Of a stretch of 64,000 nt of DNA, positions 38,400-48,402 are shown one piece after another (the stretch's first letter is position 1; every line of letters starts with the position of its first letter). The position numbers and the translations under genes were made by a program. The stretch covers positions 962 through 64,961 of the forward strand of contig DAHUZI010000016.1 in the NCBI GenBank assembly GCA_027306595.1, given 5' to 3'. This stretch comes from Candidatus Dormiibacterota bacterium. GTDB lineage: Bacteria; Chloroflexota; Dormibacteria; Aeolococcales; Bog-877. A model generated the notes under the pieces. That model was not told where the DNA came from, did not search any database, and was given only the letters and a program-made list of their open reading frames with translations.

Positions 38400-40294
38400 T
38401 GCGGGAGCCCGGCGCGGGGAGCTCCGCCGAGACCCGGCGCTTGACCATGGCCCAGGCGCTCGTCCTCTACTGTTCACGGCAGTACACCGATGCAGCCGGC
38501 GAGCGACGACGGCTCATCCCGCGTGTGCTCGGCATCTTCGGCCACGGCAACGTCGCCGGGCTGGGCGCCGCCCTCGATGAGTTCCGCAACCAGATGCCGT
38601 ACGTGCAGGGGCGCAACGAGCAATCGCTCGTGCACGCGGCGGTGGCCTACGCCAAGGCGTCGCGGCGGCGCTCGGTCCTCGCGGTGACCTCGTCGATCGG
38701 TCCCGGTGCCACCAACATGGTGACCGGCGCCGCGCTGGCGACGATCAACCGGCTCCCGGTCCTGCTCCTTCCCGGTGACGTCTACGCCACCCGGCGACAA
38801 GGCCCGGTGCTCCAACAGCTCGAGCACCCCCTGGCGGGGGATCTCAGCGTGAACGACTGCTTCCGCCCGGTCGCGCGCTTCTTCGACCGGATCTGGCGAC
38901 CCGAGCAGCTGCTCACCGCCCTCCCGGAGGCGATGCGGGTGCTCACCAGTCCGGTCGAGGCGGGGGCGGTCGTGCTGGCCCTGCCCCAGGACGTGCAGTC
39001 CGAGGCCTACGACTACCCGGATGCGTTCTTCTCCGAACGGACGTGGACGATCGAGCGAGTCGAGCCCTCGCCCGGCCAGGTCGAGCAGGTGGCAGCCCTG
39101 CTGGCGGCGGCGACGCGACCCCTAATCGTCGCCGGGGGCGGGGTCGTGTACGCCGAGGCGGAGGCGGCCCTGGCGAGCCTCGCCGGTCGGTTCGGCATCC
39201 CGGTGGCGGAGACGTTCGCCGGCAAGGGTGCCGTCCAGCAGGCGCGGTGGTGGGGGCTGGGCGGGCTGGGCGTGGAGGGCAATCCCGCCGCCAACCAGGT
39301 GGCCACCAGCGCTGATCTCATCGTTCAGGTCGGGACCCGGCTCACCGATTTCGCCACCGCCTCCCAGTCCTTGTTCCAGCACCCGTCGGTGCGGTTCGCG
39401 TCGATCAACCTGAGCGACCGCGATGCTCGCAAGCAGGGGGCGGCGCCCATGGTCGCCGACGCCCGCCTGGGCCTGGAGGCGCTCGGGCGGGCGGCGGCGG
39501 TCGCCGGCGTGCGCCCCCGCCCGGCCTGGGAGCGCGAGATCCGCGCGGCGCTGGCCCGCTGGGGCCCGCTGCGCACAGCCGCCCTCGCGCCGCAAGGGCG
39601 CCCGCTGACCCAAGGGCAGCTGATCGGGCTCCTCCAGGCCGCCGCTCGGGATGGGGATACGATCCTCGCCGCCGCCGGCGGTGCGCCCGGCGACCTCCTC
39701 AAGGTCTGGGACGCGACGGGCGGTCGCCGCTGCCACCTGGAGTTCGGCTATTCGTGCATGGGGTACGAGATCCCGGCCACCCTCGGGGTGCGACTGGCGC
39801 AACCGGAGGGCGAGGTCATCGCCCTGATCGGAGATGGGACCTTCCTCATGCAGCCGTCGGAGATCGCCACGGCGGTCCAGGAGGGGCTTCGGATCACGGT
39901 TGTCGTGGCCGAGAACCACGCCTTCCACAGCATCGACCGTCTGCAGGGGTCCCGAACCGGTCGGCGCTTCGGCACCGAGTTCCGGCTCCGCCGCCCCGGC
40001 GCGGCAGCGGCCGAGGGGGCGTACCTCCCGCTCGATCTCGCCGCCGTGGCTCGGGGGCTGGGGGCGACGGCGCTGCGCGTCGACACCGCCGAGGCGGCGC
40101 GCTCCGCTCTGGCGACCGCGCGCCGCCAGCCCGGCCCGACCGTCGTCGTCGCCGAAGTCGCGCCCCACGAGGACCTTCCCCCGGCAGGGACCTGGTGGGA
40201 TGTGGCGCCGCCGGCGGTCGCCGGGCTGCCCGAAGTCGGCCCGCTGCGCCAGGCCTACGACCGCGACCGGCTCCTGCAGCGATGGCACGGGTGA
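38399..40294 (+). CDS. iolD: 3D-(3,5/4)-trihydroxycyclohexane-1,2-dione acylhydrolase
   Basis: RLTMAQAL, GIFGHGNVAGLG, SSIGPGATN, LQQLE, EFGYSCMGYEI and ThDP motif GDGTFLM. Confidence 0.97.
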   Translation: MREPGAGSSAETRRLTMAQALVLYCSRQYTDAAGERRRLIPRVLGIFGHGNVAGLGAALDEFRNQMPYVQGRNEQSLVHAAVAYAKASRRRSVLAVTSSIGPGATNMVTGAALATINRLPVLLLPGDVYATRRQGPVLQQLEHPLAGDLSVNDCFRPVARFFDRIWRPEQLLTALPEAMRVLTSPVEAGAVVLALPQDVQSEAYDYPDAFFSERTWTIERVEPSPGQVEQVAALLAAATRPLIVAGGGVVYAEAEAALASLAGRFGIPVAETFAGKGAVQQARWWGLGGLGVEGNPAANQVATSADLIVQVGTRLTDFATASQSLFQHPSVRFASINLSDRDARKQGAAPMVADARLGLEALGRAAAVAGVRPRPAWEREIRAALARWGPLRTAALAPQGRPLTQGQLIGLLQAAARDGDTILAAAGGAPGDLLKVWDATGGRRCHLEFGYSCMGYEIPATLGVRLAQPEGEVIALIGDGTFLMQPSEIATAVQEGLRITVVVAENHAFHSIDRLQGSRTGRRFGTEFRLRRPGAAAAEGAYLPLDLAAVARGLGATALRVDTAEAARSALATARRQPGPTVVVAEVAPHEDLPPAGTWWDVAPPAVAGLPEVGPLRQAYDRDRLLQRWHG

Positions 40295-41364
40295 GCGTCA
40301 CCAAGGTGGGGGCGCTGCCGGGGGGGCCACCGCCACCGGCGATGCGCGCCGCCGTCTTCGCCGGGCCGGGCCGGGTGGTGATTGCCCAGCGTCCGGTGCC
40401 GGCCCTAGGCGACGATGACGTGCTCCTGGCGGTCGATGGGTGCGGGATCTGCGGCACCGACCTTCACATCCTCGAGGACCCGCCCGGCCATCCGGCGACT
40501 CCAGGGGTCGTCCTCGGTCACGAGATGATCGGCCGGGTTGCCGCGCGCGGGCCAGCCGCCCGCGGCCTGAGCGATGGCGACCGCGTCGCGGTGGCGCCGA
40601 ATCTCCCCTGCGGCTGGTGCCGGTTCTGCAAACTCGGGGCGCCCAGCCACTGCGAGCACCTCAGCGCCCTGGGCATCTTCCGCGACGGGGGGCTGGCGGA
40701 ATGGGTGACCGCCCCGGCGTCGGCCTGCCATCGCATCGGCGAGGCGGTTCCCACCGCGGTCGCCGCGCTGGCGGAGCCGCTCTCCTGCGTCCTCAACGGC
40801 GTCGACCAGGCGCAGCCCCTGGCCGGCGAGGTCGCCCTCGTCCTCGGCGCCGGCGCCATCGGGCTCCTCTTCGTCGCCGTCCTGCGGGCGAGCGGGGTGC
40901 GATGCGTCGTGGTCGAGCCAGTCGCAGCCCGCCGCGCCCTCGCCGAGCGGCTGGGGGCGGTCGCGGCCGTTGACCCGGAGGCGGTCGGGGCCGAGGCCGA
41001 CCTCGACGGCCTCCTGCCGGAGGGCGCCGACCTCGTCGTCGACGCGGTCGGTTCCCAGCTCGCCGTGGCCGTCCCCCGGACGCGGCCCCGGGGCCGGGTG
41101 GTCCTGTTTGGCATGGACAGCCGGGCCCGCGCTGCGGTCACCCAGAACGACCTCACCCGGCACGAGATCCGGCTGCTCGGCAGCTATGTCGGCGACCACG
41201 CCGTGCCGCGGGCGGTGCGGCTGCTGGAGTCGGGCCTGGTGGACGTCGAGCCGATCGTCAGCCGCGTCTGGCCCCTCGAGCGGCTGCCCGATGCGCTGAC
41301 CGCTCTCCGCGCCGGGCGGGCGGTGAAGATCGTGCTCGCCCCGGCGCTCAACCCCGGGGCCTGA
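40291..41364 (+). CDS. Zn-dependent (MDR) polyol/alcohol dehydrogenase
   Basis: CGICGTD, GHE, CGWCRFC...C, EPLSC and GAGAIG. GTG overlaps the iolD stop. Confidence 0.92.
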   Translation: MSVTKVGALPGGPPPPAMRAAVFAGPGRVVIAQRPVPALGDDDVLLAVDGCGICGTDLHILEDPPGHPATPGVVLGHEMIGRVAARGPAARGLSDGDRVAVAPNLPCGWCRFCKLGAPSHCEHLSALGIFRDGGLAEWVTAPASACHRIGEAVPTAVAALAEPLSCVLNGVDQAQPLAGEVALVLGAGAIGLLFVAVLRASGVRCVVVEPVAARRALAERLGAVAAVDPEAVGAEADLDGLLPEGADLVVDAVGSQLAVAVPRTRPRGRVVLFGMDSRARAAVTQNDLTRHEIRLLGSYVGDHAVPRAVRLLESGLVDVEPIVSRVWPLERLPDALTALRAGRAVKIVLAPALNPGA

Positions 41365-41406
41365 GCCAGGGCGGCGGGCGGTCAGCGCCCGCGCGCCCCG
41401 GACGGC

Positions 41407-42216
41407 TCAGGCTGTCGCCTCCTCCAGTGCCCGCTGGGTGAGCACCCGGGCCAGGTGGCATCGGTAGTCGGCGCTGGCCCGAAGGTCGGACGGCGGGGTC
41501 AGCCCGTCGGCGGCGCGCGCGCCGGCCCCGGCGGCGCTCTCGCCCTGGGCCAGGGCGGCTTCGGCGGCCCGCGCGCGCAGCGGCGTCGGCCCGCAATTCG
41601 TCAGTCCGAGCCGCCAGCCGCCGTCGAGCCGCTGGGCCGCCACCCCCACGATCGCCCAGTCGCAGCGCCGGCGCCGAAACTTCACGTACCGGTGGGGACC
41701 GGGCGCGACCGGGAAGGCGATCTCGCGGATCACCTCGTCCGCCTCCAGCGGGGTGGTGAAGATGTGCTGGAAGAAGTCGGCGGCAGCGTGGGTCGTCCGG
41801 GTGGTGACGATCTCGGCGTCAAGCATGAGGGCCAGGGTCGGGTAGTCGCCGGCAGGATCGGCATGGGCGATCACCCCGCCGATGGTGCCGCGCGCACGGA
41901 CCTGGAGGTCGCCGACCTCGGCGGCCATCGCCGCGAGCAAGGGCAGCGCCCCGCGGACGACTGGCGAGGCTGCCAGCTGAGCGTGACGGGTCAGGGCACC
42001 GACTCGCAGGCGGTCGCCATCGACCCGGACGCCGTCGAGGCCGGGAACGCGCCCGAGGTCGACCAGCGCCGTCGGCTGGGCTAGCCGCAGCCGCATCAGG
42101 GGGATGAGGCTGTGGCCGCCGGCCAGCACCTTGGCCTCGGGCCCCAGCTCACGGAGCAGGCGGGTCGCATCATCGAGGTCCGAGGCGCGCCGGTACTCGA
42201 AGCTGGCGGGGATCAT
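41407..42216 (-). CDS. coxM: CoxM/XdhB-type FAD-binding subunit
   Basis: MIPASFEYRRA, LAGGHSLIPLMRLRL, VRARGTIGG, HADPAGD and ASADYR. Confidence 0.93.
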   Translation of the reverse strand: MIPASFEYRRASDLDDATRLLRELGPEAKVLAGGHSLIPLMRLRLAQPTALVDLGRVPGLDGVRVDGDRLRVGALTRHAQLAASPVVRGALPLLAAMAAEVGDLQVRARGTIGGVIAHADPAGDYPTLALMLDAEIVTTRTTHAAADFFQHIFTTPLEADEVIREIAFPVAPGPHRYVKFRRRRCDWAIVGVAAQRLDGGWRLGLTNCGPTPLRARAAEAALAQGESAAGAGARAADGLTPPSDLRASADYRCHLARVLTQRALEEATA

Positions 42217-44561
42217 GGGCGTCGAGCCTCCTGGATCAGGCGCCAGAGCCGGTCCGGGCTGGCTGGCATGTCGACATGGCGGATGCCGAACGGCTGGAGC
42301 GCGTCGGACACGGCGTTGATGACCGCGGCGCTGGCGGCGATGGTGCCGGCCTCGCCGACACCCTTCACCCCCAGGGCGTTGATCGGACTTGGGGTGACGG
42401 TCCGGCTCAGCTCCGGCACCGGCAGCTCGCTCATCGTCGGCACGAGGTAGTCGAGCAGGGTGCCGGTCCGAAGCTGTCCGGAGTCGGGGTCGTAGACGAC
42501 CTCCTCGAACAGGGCCTGGGCGATCCCCTGGGCGATCCCCCCCTGGATCTGGCCGTCCACGATCATCGGGTTGACGACCGTGCCGCAGTCGTCGACCGCC
42601 ACGTAGCGGTCGATCGTCACCTGGCCGGTCTCGGCGTCGACTTCGGCAACGCAGACGTGAGCGCCGAACGGCCAGACGAAGTTGGCGGGGTCGAAGTAGT
42701 GAACAGCCTCCAGCCCCTGCTCCATCCCATGGGGCAGGTCGGGGCCGTAGGCGGCGAGCGCGACCTCGGCGAAGCTTCTCGACGCGGCCGGGCTCCCCCG
42801 CACGGCAAAGCGGCCGCCCTCGAAGATGACGTCGGCCTCGTCCGCCTCCAGCAGATGGGCGGCAAGTCGGCGCGCCTTCTCCACCACCTTGATGGTGGCG
42901 CCACGAATCGCCATCCCGCCCACCGACAGGCTCCGGCTTCCGTACGTGCCGTAGCCAAACCCCGTCCCTTCGTCAGTGTCGCCGTGGTGGAGCTCGACCT
43001 GCTCGATGGGGATCCCCAGGGTGGCGGCCGCGATCTGGGCGAAGGTCGTGTCGTGACCCTGCCCCTGGGCGTGGGTCCCGACGTACACGGCCACTGATCC
43101 GGTCGGGAACACCCGCACCTGCGCCCCCTCCACCAGGGCGATGCCGCCGGTGGCCGCGGCGGTGGCCGCGCTGGGCCCGAGGCCGCAGATCTCGACGTAG
43201 GTCGAGAGGCCGATCCCCAGGTAGCGGCCCTGGAGGCGGAGCGCTGCTTGACGGTGGCGGAGTGCCGGGTAGTCGACCAGGTCGAGGGCGCGAGCCAGCG
43301 TCCGCCCGTAGTCCCCCGAGTCGTACACGAGCCCGAAGGGATTGGTGAACGGGAACGCCTCCGCGAAGTTGCGGCGCCGTACCTCCGCCGGATCCATCCC
43401 CAGCTCGCCGGCCAGCCGGTCGACCATCCGCTCGACCAGGTGGGTGCCCTCCGGGCGTCCGGCCCCGCGGTAGGGGTCCGTGGGCACCTTGTTGGTCAGC
43501 ACTCCCACGGTGCGCCCCTCGACCCCGCGCCATCGGTAGGCCCCCGGGGCCATGTACACCGCCACCGCCTGGAAGGCGCCGAAGGTGCCGCAGTAGGCGC
43601 CGACGTCGAGGATCTGGGTGAGCCGCATCCCAAGGAGGGTGCCGTCGCGCTTGGCGGCCACCTCGACGTCGTACACCTGCCCGCGCCCGTGGCTGGTGCC
43701 GACCATTGCCTCGCTTCGCGTCTCCACCCACCGCACCGGGCGTCCCAGCAGTCGCGCCGCGGCGGGCACGAGGTAGTCCTCGGGATAGGGGCTGATCTTG
43801 CATCCGAACCCACCCCCCACGTCCCGCGAGACCACCCGCACCTGGGTCTCGGCCATGCCCAGGGCCTGGCTCACGAAGAGGCGGATGAAGTGCGGGTTCT
43901 GGCTCCCCAAGCGGATCGTCAGCCGGCCCCCGTAGGGATCGGGCTCGGCGATGACCACCCGCGGCTCCATCGCCGTCGGGGCCAGCCGCTGCTGCCCGAT
44001 CCGCTCGCGGATGACCACCTCCGCCTCGGCGAACGCCGCGGCCACGTCGCCGCCGGTGTAGGTGACGTCCCAGCACACATTGTCCGGCGCCCCGGCGTGG
44101 GTGCGGGCGCTGTCGGCCTCAAGCGCCCGATCCGGGTCCACCACCGCTTGCAACGGCTCGTAGTCGACGTCGACCAGCTCGGCGGCGTCCGCGGCCGCCG
44201 TCCGCGACAGCGCCACGACCACCGCCACCGGCTCACCCTGGTAGACGACCTCGCGGTCGGCGATCGGGAACCGCTCCGGCACCTGGCGCTTGTCGGCCAC
44301 GAACGACGGGGTCACCGGCATCGTGCCCCGGAGCACGGCACGGAAGTCGGCTCCCACCAGCACTCGAAGCACCCCCGGCGCGGCCACGGCCCTGGCGGTG
44401 TCGAGGGAGCGGATAAGCGCGTGCGGATGCGGGCTCCGCACCACCTGGAGGGCGGTGCAGCCGCGCGGCTCCCCGTCGTCGGTGTAGTGGCCGTGCCCGG
44501 TGATGAGGCGGGGGTCTTCGCGGCGCTGAACGCGGGCGCCGACCAGCTGGGAGACGGCCAT
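42213..44561 (-). CDS. coxL: Molybdopterin large subunit, form II CoxL-like (not form I CO dehydrogenase)
   Basis: RREDPRLITG, DVGGGFG, DPYRGAGRPE, YDSGDY, GQGHDT, TYGSRS, INALGVKGVGEAG; lacks AYXCSFR. Confidence 0.92.
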   Translation of the reverse strand: MAVSQLVGARVQRREDPRLITGHGHYTDDGEPRGCTALQVVRSPHPHALIRSLDTARAVAAPGVLRVLVGADFRAVLRGTMPVTPSFVADKRQVPERFPIADREVVYQGEPVAVVVALSRTAAADAAELVDVDYEPLQAVVDPDRALEADSARTHAGAPDNVCWDVTYTGGDVAAAFAEAEVVIRERIGQQRLAPTAMEPRVVIAEPDPYGGRLTIRLGSQNPHFIRLFVSQALGMAETQVRVVSRDVGGGFGCKISPYPEDYLVPAAARLLGRPVRWVETRSEAMVGTSHGRGQVYDVEVAAKRDGTLLGMRLTQILDVGAYCGTFGAFQAVAVYMAPGAYRWRGVEGRTVGVLTNKVPTDPYRGAGRPEGTHLVERMVDRLAGELGMDPAEVRRRNFAEAFPFTNPFGLVYDSGDYGRTLARALDLVDYPALRHRQAALRLQGRYLGIGLSTYVEICGLGPSAATAAATGGIALVEGAQVRVFPTGSVAVYVGTHAQGQGHDTTFAQIAAATLGIPIEQVELHHGDTDEGTGFGYGTYGSRSLSVGGMAIRGATIKVVEKARRLAAHLLEADEADVIFEGGRFAVRGSPAASRSFAEVALAAYGPDLPHGMEQGLEAVHYFDPANFVWPFGAHVCVAEVDAETGQVTIDRYVAVDDCGTVVNPMIVDGQIQGGIAQGIAQALFEEVVYDPDSGQLRTGTLLDYLVPTMSELPVPELSRTVTPSPINALGVKGVGEAGTIAASAAVINAVSDALQPFGIRHVDMPASPDRLWRLIQEARRP

Positions 44562-44565
44562 CGCC

Positions 44566-45075
44566 CTACTCCGACGACCGCGCGGAGGCGCTGGCGGCGG
44601 TCGACCCGCTCAGCATGCGGCGGCTCGCGGTGCGGACCGCCTTCAGGATGTTGACATAGCCGGTGCAGCGGCAGAGGTTGCCCTCGAGGCCGATCTTGAT
44701 CTCGTCATCGGTGGGGTTGGGGTTGTCGCTGAGGAGCTTGGCGGCCGTCATGATGAACCCCGGGGTGCAATAGCCGCACTGGAGTCCGTGCTCATCCCAG
44801 AACGCCTGCTGGAGCGGGTGCAGCTCATCGCCGCGCGCCATCCCCTCGATGGTGGTGATGGCGGCGCCGTCCGCCTGCACCGCCAGGACGGTGCACGACT
44901 TGACGGCGTCACCGTCGAGCAGGACCGTGCAGGCGCCGCACTGGCTCGTGTCGCAGCCGACGTGGGTGCCGGTGAGCCCCACGGTCTCGCGCAGGTGGTG
45001 GACGAGAAGCGTGCGCGGCTCGACCTCGTCCTCGTGCGACATCCCGTTGATCGTCATCGTGACCCGCTCGCCCAT
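44566..45075 (-). CDS. coxS: CoxS-type 2x[2Fe-2S] subunit
   Basis: 3' end of track ORF 44566..48450: [22 protein letters not shown] and [12 protein letters not shown] 45075 follows GGGAGGG. Confidence 0.96.
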   Translation of the reverse strand: MGERVTMTINGMSHEDEVEPRTLLVHHLRETVGLTGTHVGCDTSQCGACTVLLDGDAVKSCTVLAVQADGAAITTIEGMARGDELHPLQQAFWDEHGLQCGYCTPGFIMTAAKLLSDNPNPTDDEIKIGLEGNLCRCTGYVNILKAVRTASRRMLSGSTAASASARSSE

Positions 45076-45354
45076 CAGCGCCCTCCCGAGGTGATCCCGC
45101 GCTCCGACGCGGTCGCTTCGATCGGGAGCGACCCACCCCCGGAGCGGGTGTCGTCCCGGCTCGCCCGCCCGGCGCCCGCCCCGCCCGGGGCCGTCCCGCC
45201 GGAGCGGCCTGCCCGGATCCCGTTGGAGTATCGCGCCGGCGCCAGGGTATGGCAAGGAGGCGGCCGGGCGTACAGTTGGGACGTGCGCGCCGGCACTCGC
45301 GCCCGCCGCGAACAGGGGGAACCGGGGCCGCCCACCGGTTCCAGAACCGCCCCC

Positions 45355-45909
45355 GTGCCTGCCGATGCCGCTCACCGGGGGGAGGGGGCGGCGCCCGCCG
45401 ACCGCGGGCCGGCCACAGGCGGTGGGGCCTCTGGTCCGGCGGCGATCCACCTCCACCGGGTCTACGATCGGCGATCCCCGCCCGCAGGCCTGCGCGTTCT
45501 CGTCGACGGTCTGTGGCCGCGAGGGGTGAGCCGGGAAGCCCTCGGTCTCCACCTGTGGCTGCGAAGCGTGGCCCCCTCGGATGCCCTGCGGTGCTGGTAC
45601 GGGCATCGGCCCGAACGCTGGCCGGTGTTCGCGCGACGATATCGCGAGGAGCTGCGAACCCCGGAGCGGGCCGCGGCGCTGGACCAGCTCCGCACCCTGC
45701 TCGTCGACGGGCCGGTGGTGCTCCTCTACGGATCGCGCGACGATCGCCGCAACCAGGCCGTCGTGCTCCGAGCGGTGCTCTTGGCGACCGCGGCTGGCAG
45801 ACCGGCGGCGGCCGCGGCCGCGGCTGCCGAGCCCGGCATCGGTGCCGCTATCGTGAGCGGAGCAACGACCGTTCGGGGCGGTCGGGCCGGGATCCGGCCG
45901 TCCGAGTGA
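45355..45909 (+). CDS. DUF488 (YeaO-like) family protein
   Basis: RVYD...[14 protein letters not shown]...[25 protein letters not shown]...LLYGSRD..RNQAVVL. Start uncertain. Confidence 0.85.
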   Translation: MPADAAHRGEGAAPADRGPATGGGASGPAAIHLHRVYDRRSPPAGLRVLVDGLWPRGVSREALGLHLWLRSVAPSDALRCWYGHRPERWPVFARRYREELRTPERAAALDQLRTLLVDGPVVLLYGSRDDRRNQAVVLRAVLLATAAGRPAAAAAAAAEPGIGAAIVSGATTVRGGRAGIRPSE

Positions 45910-45948
45910 CCGGCGGCGCCATCGGCCCGGACCGGACCAGAGAGGAGC

Positions 45949-46869
45949 GTGCCGATGAGCCGCCGCGGGTGGTTGCTGTTCGCGGCGATGAGCGTGATCT
46001 GGGGTCTGCCCTACCTGCTCATCAAGATTGCCGTCGCCCATGTCAGCCCCACCGTGCTGGTCTTCGGGCGCACCGCGATCGCGACCGGGCTCCTCTGCCC
46101 TCTGGCGATCGCCCGCGGCGACCTCCGGGCGGTCGCCAGGGCCTGGCTCCCCATGCTGGCGTTCTCGGCGACCGAAGTGGCGGTGCCGTGGGTGCTGTTG
46201 TCGGACGCGGAGGTCCGCCTCACGAGCTCGCTGTCCGGGCTCCTGGTTGCGCTCGTCCCCCTGGTCGGGATGGTGCTCGCCTGGGTGGCGGGCGCCGGTG
46301 AGCGGCTCGGGCGCGTCCAGATGGCGGGCCTGCTCCTCGGGCTGCTCGGGGTGGCGGCGGTGGTCGGGCTGGATCTTGGCCATGTGACGGCGGGAGCGAT
46401 GATCGAGATGGCCGTCGTCGTGTGCTGCTACGCGGCGGGTCCGCAGATTCTCGTTCGATGGCTCCGCCAGCTGCCCGGTGTCGGGGTGGTGTTCGCCGCC
46501 CTGCTCGTCGCCACCGTCGCCTACGCGCCGGTGGCGGTCCTCCAGAGGCCCTCCCACTGGCCGAGCGCGCCTGTCGTGGCCAGCATCGCCGCCCTCGGGG
46601 TCGTCTGCACCGCCCTCGCCTTCGTCCTGTTCTTCGAGCTCGTGTCGGTGGCGGGGCCGGTGCGCTCGACCATCATCACGTACGTCAACCCGGCGGTGGC
46701 GGTGGTCCTCGGCGTGGCCGTCCGGCACGAGCCCGTGACCTGGGGGCTCGGGGTCGGCTTCGTGCTCATCCTGGGCGGCTCCGTGCTCGCGACCCGCCGG
46801 GGTCGGCCCACCGGCCCGCCGGGGCCGGCCCGGCGGCTGCGGCCGGAGTCGAGCCAGGCCGCCACCTGA
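45949..46869 (+). CDS. DMT/EamA family transporter
   Basis: About ten TM segments; [16 protein letters not shown] and [10 protein letters not shown]. Confidence 0.93.
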   Translation: MPMSRRGWLLFAAMSVIWGLPYLLIKIAVAHVSPTVLVFGRTAIATGLLCPLAIARGDLRAVARAWLPMLAFSATEVAVPWVLLSDAEVRLTSSLSGLLVALVPLVGMVLAWVAGAGERLGRVQMAGLLLGLLGVAAVVGLDLGHVTAGAMIEMAVVVCCYAAGPQILVRWLRQLPGVGVVFAALLVATVAYAPVAVLQRPSHWPSAPVVASIAALGVVCTALAFVLFFELVSVAGPVRSTIITYVNPAVAVVLGVAVRHEPVTWGLGVGFVLILGGSVLATRRGRPTGPPGPARRLRPESSQAAT

Positions 46870-47199
46870 GGCGCAGCGGCAAGCCGACCGGCCCGGTCCA
46901 CGTCCCCCGGCTCCGGCCCCCTGGCCCCACCAGCGAGGAGCGGGGCGCGCTGGCCGCCCCCCCCAACCACGGCCGGTGCGGGGCGATGGGGTGCCGGGCG
47001 GCGACGGGCCCGAGGGCCGACCGCTCCCGGGACCGACCGGCTGGCCCCGGCCTCGCACTTGGCAGCGAGCGGCCGGGCCGCTACCCTGAGCCGACCGACG
47101 GTCCCAGCCGCGCCGTCGGCGTGTCCCGGGCGTGCGCCCGGGTGCGGGACGAGACCGGCGCGGACCGTGCGGCCCGCGCCGACCCCCGGAGGTGTGCCC

Positions 47200-48402
47200 T
47201 TGACCGCTGCGCTCGCCGAGCCGCTGACTGTCGGCACGCTGCCCCCGACCATGCCGGCCTTCGTCATCCGCCCCGAGCGGGAGGGGGAGCCGGAGCGGGC
47301 CATGCACCTGGAGGAGGTCGCGACCCCCGAGCCCGGACCGGATGAGGTGATCGTACGGGTGATGGCGGCGGGCGTGAACTACAACGGGGTGTGGGCGGCC
47401 CTCGGTCAGCCGGTCTCCGTGTTCAAGCTCCACCGGGAGCCCTTCCACATTGCGGGCTCGGACGCGAGCGGCGTGGTGTGGGCGGTCGGCGCCAACGTGC
47501 ATCGCTGGCACCTCGGCGACGAGGTGGTCGTCCACTGCAACCAGTCCTGTGGTGAATGCCCGGAGTGCAACGGGCTCGACCCGATGGCCTGCAGCGAGCA
47601 GAAGATCTGGGGCTACGAGACCTCGTGGGGCTCGTTCGCCCAGTTCTGCCGCGTCCAGTCCCAGCAGCTGCTCCCCAAGCCGCGCCATCTCACCTGGGAG
47701 GAGGCCGCCTCCTATGGGCTCGTCTACTTCACCGCCTACCGGATGCTGGTCGACCGCGCCCGCATCCGCGCCGGGCAGAACGTCCTGGTCTGGGGTGGCG
47801 GGGGCGGGCTCGGGTCGATGGCGGTCCAGATCTGCCGCCTCTTCTCGGCCAACGCCATCGCGGTTGTGTCGTCCGACGAGAAGGCGGCCCTGACCCGCGC
47901 CCTGGGTGCCAGCGCGGCCATCAACCGCAGCGAGTTCGACCTGGTCAAGCGCGACGGCGAGTCGGCAGAGCAGGCCCGCCACCGGGTCGGGGAGATGCGC
48001 CGGTTCGGCAAGCGCATCCGCGAGCTCACCGGCGGCCGCGACGTGGACATCGTCTTCGAGCACGTCGGTTCCGCGACCTTCCCCACCTCGGTGTTCGTCT
48101 GCTCGCGCTTCGGGCTGGTGGTGATCTGCGGTGCCACCGCCGGGTACAACCTCGAGTTCGACGTCCGCTACCTGTGGATGCGGCAGAAGTCGATCATCGG
48201 CTCCCACTTCGCCAATGCCTACGAGTGCCACCAGGCCAATGAGCTCATCGTCCAGCGCAAGATCCAGCCGGTCGTGGGCGACGTCTTCCCGTTCGAAGCG
48301 GTCCCCCAGGCCCACCAGGTCATGCGCCACAACCAGCACGCCGGCAAGATGGTGATCCTGGTCGGGGCGCCCCGCCGCGGGGCGGGCGTGCATGCCGGGT
48401 AG
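47200..48402 (+). CDS. ccr: Crotonyl-CoA carboxylase/reductase
   Basis: [41 protein letters not shown] and [19 protein letters not shown], carrying the CO2-binding Asn/Glu/His signature. TTG start follows GGAGG. Confidence 0.95.
   Translation: MTAALAEPLTVGTLPPTMPAFVIRPEREGEPERAMHLEEVATPEPGPDEVIVRVMAAGVNYNGVWAALGQPVSVFKLHREPFHIAGSDASGVVWAVGANVHRWHLGDEVVVHCNQSCGECPECNGLDPMACSEQKIWGYETSWGSFAQFCRVQSQQLLPKPRHLTWEEAASYGLVYFTAYRMLVDRARIRAGQNVLVWGGGGGLGSMAVQICRLFSANAIAVVSSDEKAALTRALGASAAINRSEFDLVKRDGESAEQARHRVGEMRRFGKRIRELTGGRDVDIVFEHVGSATFPTSVFVCSRFGLVVICGATAGYNLEFDVRYLWMRQKSIIGSHFANAYECHQANELIVQRKIQPVVGDVFPFEAVPQAHQVMRHNQHAGKMVILVGAPRRGAGVHAG

Noticed and set aside
42213-44561. Atmospheric CO-oxidising form I CO dehydrogenase
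   Set aside because: It lacks AYXCSFR, has PYRGAGR, and the gene order is SLM.
46870-47199. Cobalamin riboswitch or operator array upstream of ccr and the mutase
   Set aside because: No B12-box or conserved riboswitch core is recognisable. The repeated CCGACCG words are plausible by chance at this GC content.
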